Shown one piece after another: positions 58,775 to 64,000 of a stretch of DNA of 64,000 nucleotides (its first letter is position 1; the number at the start of each line of letters is the position of its first letter). Origin of the DNA: Alloascoidea hylecoeti. Taxonomy: Eukaryota. The stretch is from NCBI GenBank assembly GCA_001600815.1, contig BCKZ01000001.1, positions 1,832,804 through 1,896,803 of the forward strand, given 5' to 3'. The notes below the pieces were generated by a model, which worked only from the letters and a program-made list of their open reading frames with translations, did not search any database and was not told the DNA's origin. Made by a program: the position numbers and the translations under genes.

Positions 58775-58821
58775 GTCACGTGCGACTGACTCGGTGATTT
58801 GCTCCGCGTGACCGGCACGTG
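58775..58821. promoter_or_regulatory. Motif cluster in the 152-bp divergent GCV3/PDE2 promoter
   Basis: GTCACGTG 58775-58782, TGACTC 58787-58792, CGCGTGAC 58805-58812, CACGTG 58816-58821 (Cbf1-type and Gcn4/Bas1-type sites). Confidence 0.55.
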
Positions 58822-58865
58822 GCCGTCTGTTCTATGCACAACCGTTAGGCCGCATTGTCTCATTT

Positions 58866-60971
58866 ATGTCCATCGATATCTCTGTGCTCCACATGTCGTC
58901 TCGTTCGTCTCGTTTGTTCCGTTCGCCAAAGAACCTGGTGTTGTCTGAGGACGACGTTGTGCTGGTCGAGCCGTGGCTGGAAGAGAGCGCAAATGCTTTT
59001 ATTCTTCGTTTGATGGACAGCTATTCCCACTCTTCGGTTGTGGATCTCGACTTACCCGATACCCACTTGGATTTGAATAGAGATGACCCTTCGCTGAAGA
59101 CAGAATCCGAAGGTCACCATCCCTTCCGTCCTCTGACTGTCGAGGTCCATTTAGACTCTTCAACAACACCCCCTCCTGAAAACCTGCCTGGTGAGTCGTC
59201 GAGTTCTATTGCTGAATTATCGGCTGACAAATCCTCCGCTGCTAGTTCGAACACATGCAATTACAGGCTAAACACAAGCAAGTCAAGCAATCGACAGGAT
59301 CATCAATATCAAGTGAGCATTGAACTCAAACAACGCAAAACTTTCGATTTTATCAAATTCATATCTTATTTTTACCCATTCGCTCCTATTATGTTTATAA
59401 TTAACTCTCCTATGGCAAATGCATCATCATCAGGTTTAAGCTCGTCTTCAAATTTATCTTCAAATTCATTATTATCTTCAAATTCAAATCTATTAGAACT
59501 CACAAATACAAATTTTTCGAATGGCCATATTTGTCTAATTAATCCAACTATTTATCAATCTGCATATTTTTTTCAAAAATTAATTCATTTAAATACATCT
59601 CGTATTAAAAGATTAAATTATTGGTGTTTTGAATACAATCACATTAATTTACCTCCAAATCCTACGAATTTAAATGATTTTTTAAAATCTTTAATGCCAA
59701 TAATTAATGTCAATATCTTGGGTATATCAAAAGAAAGAATGACATATCTTAAAAATGAAATATTCAATGAATCTTTTAATTCATGGGGTTTAAATCAAAA
59801 TGAATTGGCTTTTGTTGGTTTTATAATTATTCAATATTCTTTAAAAGCTTGTAAACAAAAACATGCATATAATCATATAACCGCGGATAATGATATCCAT
59901 AGTACAAACAACCTAAATTCAATAACAGATGAAGAACTATTATGGTTTGTTCTTGCTGTTAGAAATCAATATCATGAAAATTGGTTTCATGGTTTTAGAC
60001 ATGCTATTGATGTTTTACAAGCTGAATTTATTATATTGTTATCATTACATTTAATTCCAATTGATAATGATAATATAAAAGATTATAACTATTACAATAG
60101 AGATAATAATACTGTTAATTATGATATTATTTCATCAATTATAAAGCCAGATGATATAGTTTCTTTATTAATATCAGCTATTGGTCATGATCTTCAACAC
60201 CCTGGTGTAACAAATGATTTCCTTTCAATAAATCAAACTCCTTTATCAATAACTTATAATGATTCAAGTATTTTGGAAAATTTACATTCTTCAAGTTTTA
60301 ATAAATTATTAAAATCGTTGGGACTTTATAATAAAATGAATTGGAAATTAATATATGATTCAATACTAGCAACAGATATGAAACATCATTTTAGTTATTT
60401 GAGAAATATTGAAAAATTAATACCAATTTTAAATGTTACTCCAATTTCTCCAAAAAGTCGTCGTCTTCGTCATCGTCGTTGTAAAGAATCAAAAAGTTCT
60501 TCTAATAAGGAAAATACAATTGAACATGATTATGAATATAAAGTTCTTTTATGTTCATTAATTATAAAATGTGCTGATATTTCAAATGTTACTCGATCAA
60601 AATCAGTTTCATATGCTTGGGGTGTAGCATTATATCATGAATTACAAGAAATTGAAGATTTATCAATTTTTTTAAAAAATCCACAAAATTTTAATAAAAT
60701 TAATAACGAATCTCGTCGTAAAGTTCAAGATCGAGAAATTGATCCAAGACAAATTGCAAAAGGTCAAGTTTTTTTCATTGGAACATTTGCAAAAGAATTA
60801 TTTAAAGCAATGAAAGATGTTATTGGTGTTACTTTTATGTATGATGCTATTGAAAAAAATTTTAAATATTGGAATAATATCATTGAAATTAAAAAGAATC
60901 ATAATACACTTGATCATAAGAAGATTCACGATCATGACAGAGCATTAAAAAGAAGAAAATTAAGTGTTTGA
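58866..60971 (+). CDS. PDE2: Class I high-affinity cAMP phosphodiesterase
   Basis: FHGFRHAIDVLQA, HDLQHPGVTN, SILENLH, ILATDM, IKCADISN, GQVFFI. Confidence 0.9.
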   Translation: MSIDISVLHMSSRSSRLFRSPKNLVLSEDDVVLVEPWLEESANAFILRLMDSYSHSSVVDLDLPDTHLDLNRDDPSLKTESEGHHPFRPLTVEVHLDSSTTPPPENLPGESSSSIAELSADKSSAASSNTCNYRLNTSKSSNRQDHQYQVSIELKQRKTFDFIKFISYFYPFAPIMFIINSPMANASSSGLSSSSNLSSNSLLSSNSNLLELTNTNFSNGHICLINPTIYQSAYFFQKLIHLNTSRIKRLNYWCFEYNHINLPPNPTNLNDFLKSLMPIINVNILGISKERMTYLKNEIFNESFNSWGLNQNELAFVGFIIIQYSLKACKQKHAYNHITADNDIHSTNNLNSITDEELLWFVLAVRNQYHENWFHGFRHAIDVLQAEFIILLSLHLIPIDNDNIKDYNYYNRDNNTVNYDIISSIIKPDDIVSLLISAIGHDLQHPGVTNDFLSINQTPLSITYNDSSILENLHSSSFNKLLKSLGLYNKMNWKLIYDSILATDMKHHFSYLRNIEKLIPILNVTPISPKSRRLRHRRCKESKSSSNKENTIEHDYEYKVLLCSLIIKCADISNVTRSKSVSYAWGVALYHELQEIEDLSIFLKNPQNFNKINNESRRKVQDREIDPRQIAKGQVFFIGTFAKELFKAMKDVIGVTFMYDAIEKNFKYWNNIIEIKKNHNTLDHKKIHDHDRALKRRKLSV

Positions 60972-60979
60972 TTAATTAA

Positions 60980-61142
60980 TGCTACTATTATTACTACTAT
61001 ACTACCATATTACTACTATATCATATTATATACTACAACTATACTATTATTGTTATATCACTACTACATTATTACATATATTATATACTACATACTTATA
61101 CTATAACATCATCCTAACTTATACTTTACTAATTATTATTAC
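60980..61142. repeat. Degenerate (CTA/TAT)n low-complexity tract almost devoid of G on the + strand
   Basis: ctactattattactactatactaccatattactac... between the PDE2 stop and the MYO2 promoter. Confidence 0.75.
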
Positions 61143-61283
61143 CATCCACCTCATAAACACAAACACCCGTACAACATAGTAGTAATAATGCGGTTCCGCC
61201 TCAACCACTCTCTTATTTTTCTATATCTCTCCTTTTCGCTTCTATTTGTTGTTTGCTGGTTTTTTTGATCTCAACAATTCATC

Positions 61284-64000
61284 ATGGAAGACGATGAATT
61301 AGCCTCTTCCCCTTACGACGTTGGAATGTATGTTTTTTCATGTTAATCATCTGGGATCTTGCTCGCGCTAACTTTTGCAGACGTTGCTGGTATCCTGACC
61401 CTAAAGAGGGTTTCATAGGTGTTATTGTTACTTCTGTTAAACATGAGGGTGACAAATATATCCTTGCCGTGAAACATGAAGATAGTGAACTTGCAAAAGT
61501 ATGTTTTTTTTTTTCTATCTCCAATGAATTATTCATTCAAAATATATAATGAAATCTAATAATTATCCATTACTTGACGCAATAGGAAATAATAATTAAA
61601 GTGGTGTCTATAAAAGATGATACTGATCCAAAATTACCAAAACTACGAAATCCACCAGTTTTAGAAGCTGCTGAAGATTTAACAAGTTTATCTTATTTGA
61701 ATGAACCTGCTGGTATGTTTTTCCCCCTTCCAAAAACAAAATCTGAAACATGAAATGTACTAATTCGATACTGTCTTATTTGATTTATTACTCTAGTTCT
61801 ACAAGCTATCAAAGTCAGATATGAACGATTAAATATTTATACATACTCCGGTATTGTTTTAATTGCCGTTAATCCTTTTTCTCGAATGGATAATTTGTAT
61901 AATCCAGATATTATTCAAGCTTATGCTGGAAAGCAACGTGGTGAACTCGATCCTCATTTATTCGCAATTGCAGAAGATGCTTTTAGATATATGGTAAGAG
62001 ATCAAAGAAATCAAACTATTGTTGTATCTGGTGAATCAGGTGCTGGTAAAACCGTTAGTGCAAAATATATTATGAGATATTTTGCAACTGTTGAAGATTC
62101 ATCTGTTGATAATAGTCAAATTATTGGTAATGATAATGCTGAAGCAATGAGTGAAACTGAAGAACAAATCTTAGCAACAAATCCAATTTTAGAAGCTTTT
62201 GGTAATTCAAAAACAACAAGAAATGATAATTCTTCACGTTTTGGTAAATATTTGGAAATTTTATTTGATACTGAAAAAAATATTATTGGTGCGAAAATAA
62301 GAACTTATTTATTAGAGAGATCAAGATTAGTTTATCAACCATTATCTGAAAGAAATTATCATATTTTTTATCAATTATGTGTTGGAGCTGATGATGAATT
62401 AAAAGAAAAATTAGGTTTAAAAGATGCAAGTCAATATTTTTATTTAAATCAAGGTGGTGATATTAAAATTGAAAATGTTGATGATGTTAATGAATTTAAA
62501 ATAACAAGAGATGCTTTAGATCTTGTTGGTATGCTGCAAGAAATTCAATATAATTTATTTGAAATTTTAACTGCTTTACTTTTCATTGGTAATATTGAAA
62601 TTACTGCAACAAGAAATGATTCAATTTTATCTGCTGATGAACCAAATTTAGTTAAAGCTTGTTCATTATTAGGTATTGATTCTGAAGAATTTGCAAAATG
62701 GATCATTAAAAAACAAATTACAACAAGAAATGAAAAAATTATAACAAATTTAAATTTTCAACAAGCAACTGTTGCAAGAGATTCGGTTGCAAAATATATT
62801 TATTCATCAATTTTTGATTGGTTAGTTAATTATATTAATGCTGGTTTATGTCCAAAATCAATTGAACCACATATTAATTCTTTTATTGGTGTTTTAGATA
62901 TTTATGGTTTTGAACATTTTGAAAAAAATTCTTTTGAACAATTTTGTATTAATTATGCAAATGAAAAATTACAACAAGAATTTAATCAACATGTTTTTAA
63001 ATTAGAACAAGAAGAATATATTCGTGAAGAAATTGATTGGGAATTTATTCAATTTACTGATAATCAACCATGTATTAATTTAATTGAAAGTAAATTAGGT
63101 ATTTTATCTTTATTAGATGAAGAATCAAGATTACCAAGTGGTAATGATGATTCATGGCTTCAAAAATTATATAATAATTTGGATGTACCACCTACAAATG
63201 TTGTTTTCAAAAAACCTCGTTTTGGTAGTCAGAAATTTATTATCGCACATTATGCTGTTGATGTTGCTTATGATGCTGAAGGATTTATTGAAAAGAATAG
63301 AGATACAGTCGCCGATGGTCATTCAGAAGCTTTAAGAGCAACTACAAATCCATTATTAAAAGAAATTTTCGAAGCTGTTGAAGTAGCAAATGCTAGATTA
63401 ACAGCAGCAGCTGGCAAAAAATTAGTAAACAGGAAACCAACTTTAGGATCTATTTTCAAAACTTCTTTAATTGAATTAATGAATACAATTAATTCTACAA
63501 ATGTACATTATATTCGTTGTATTAAACCAAATATGGAGAAAGAAGCATGGAAATGGAGTTCATTAATGGTTTTATCTCAATTACGTGCTTGTGGTGTTTT
63601 AGAAACAATTAGAATTTCAACAGCTGGTTTCCCAACTCGTTGGACATATGATGAATTTGCTCAAAGATATTATATGTTAATTCCTTCAAATGAATGGTCA
63701 AATGATTCAAGAGATTTATGTCAAAAAATATTAAATCAAATTGTTGATTTAAAACAAAAATATCAAACTGGTAATACAAAAATTTTCTTTAAAGCTGGTA
63801 TGTTAGCTTATTTTGAAAGAAAACGAAGTAATAAACTATATAATTGCGCCGTCATTATTCAAAAGAACTTAAGGATGATCTATTATAGGAATTCATATCG
63901 AGAGATTTTGAAAAGTCTGGCTAAATTACAAAGTTTAGTACGTGGTCATATGACCAGAGTCTTCTGTAAGAATGAAAGGGAGAGACAGGCAGCTACCAAG
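61284..64000 (+). CDS. MYO2: Class V myosin, 5' part (exons 61284-61327, 61381-61498, 61586-61712, 61797-window end)
   Basis: RCWYPDPKEG, LRNPPVLEAAEDLTSLSYLNEPAVL, P-loop GESGAGKT, NDNSSRFGK, LDIYGFE, QLRACGVLETIRIS and IQ motifs at the edge. Three GTATGT..AG introns. Confidence 0.96.

Noticed and set aside
28880..60971. IRA and PDE2, both Ras-cAMP negative regulators, in one window
   Set aside because: 22 kb apart with many unrelated genes between them; no evidence of a functional cluster.
60979..61179. 66-aa Leu/Tyr/Thr-rich ORF after PDE2
   Set aside because: Translation of a low-complexity CTA/TAT tract.

Overview
AT-rich, intron-containing budding-yeast genomic DNA. An early-diverging Saccharomycotina lineage is inferred from GTA(T/A)GT..CTAAC..YAG introns and yeast-like synteny. 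Gene order: tRNA-Thr(AGT), SPT16, CHZ1, SMB1, NHA1, GCG1/ChaC, an unknown 830-aa protein, RAD4, SPT2, a zinc-finger-like protein, a neurofibromin/IRA RasGAP, a CsgA-like SDR, DCP2, a THI5/SsuA-like protein, an F-box-like orphan, an Old Yellow Enzyme, SNC synaptobrevin, an RTA1 pseudogene, a second diverged SNC copy, BolA, GCV3, PDE2 and the 5' part of MYO2. Several of these need splicing and are partly or wholly missed by the ORF track. The most striking observation is the intact SNC duplicate: its SNARE motif is heavily altered, including the zero-layer Arg to Asn, while its membrane anchor is nearly unchanged. The spacer between the two SNC copies holds degenerate Tc1-like transposase and hAT-like relics. 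Also seen: a MITE-like inverted-repeat element, a 36-bp perfect palindrome, and a very tightly packed CHZ1-SPT16 histone-chaperone pair. No clearly new multi-gene system could be established from sequence alone.
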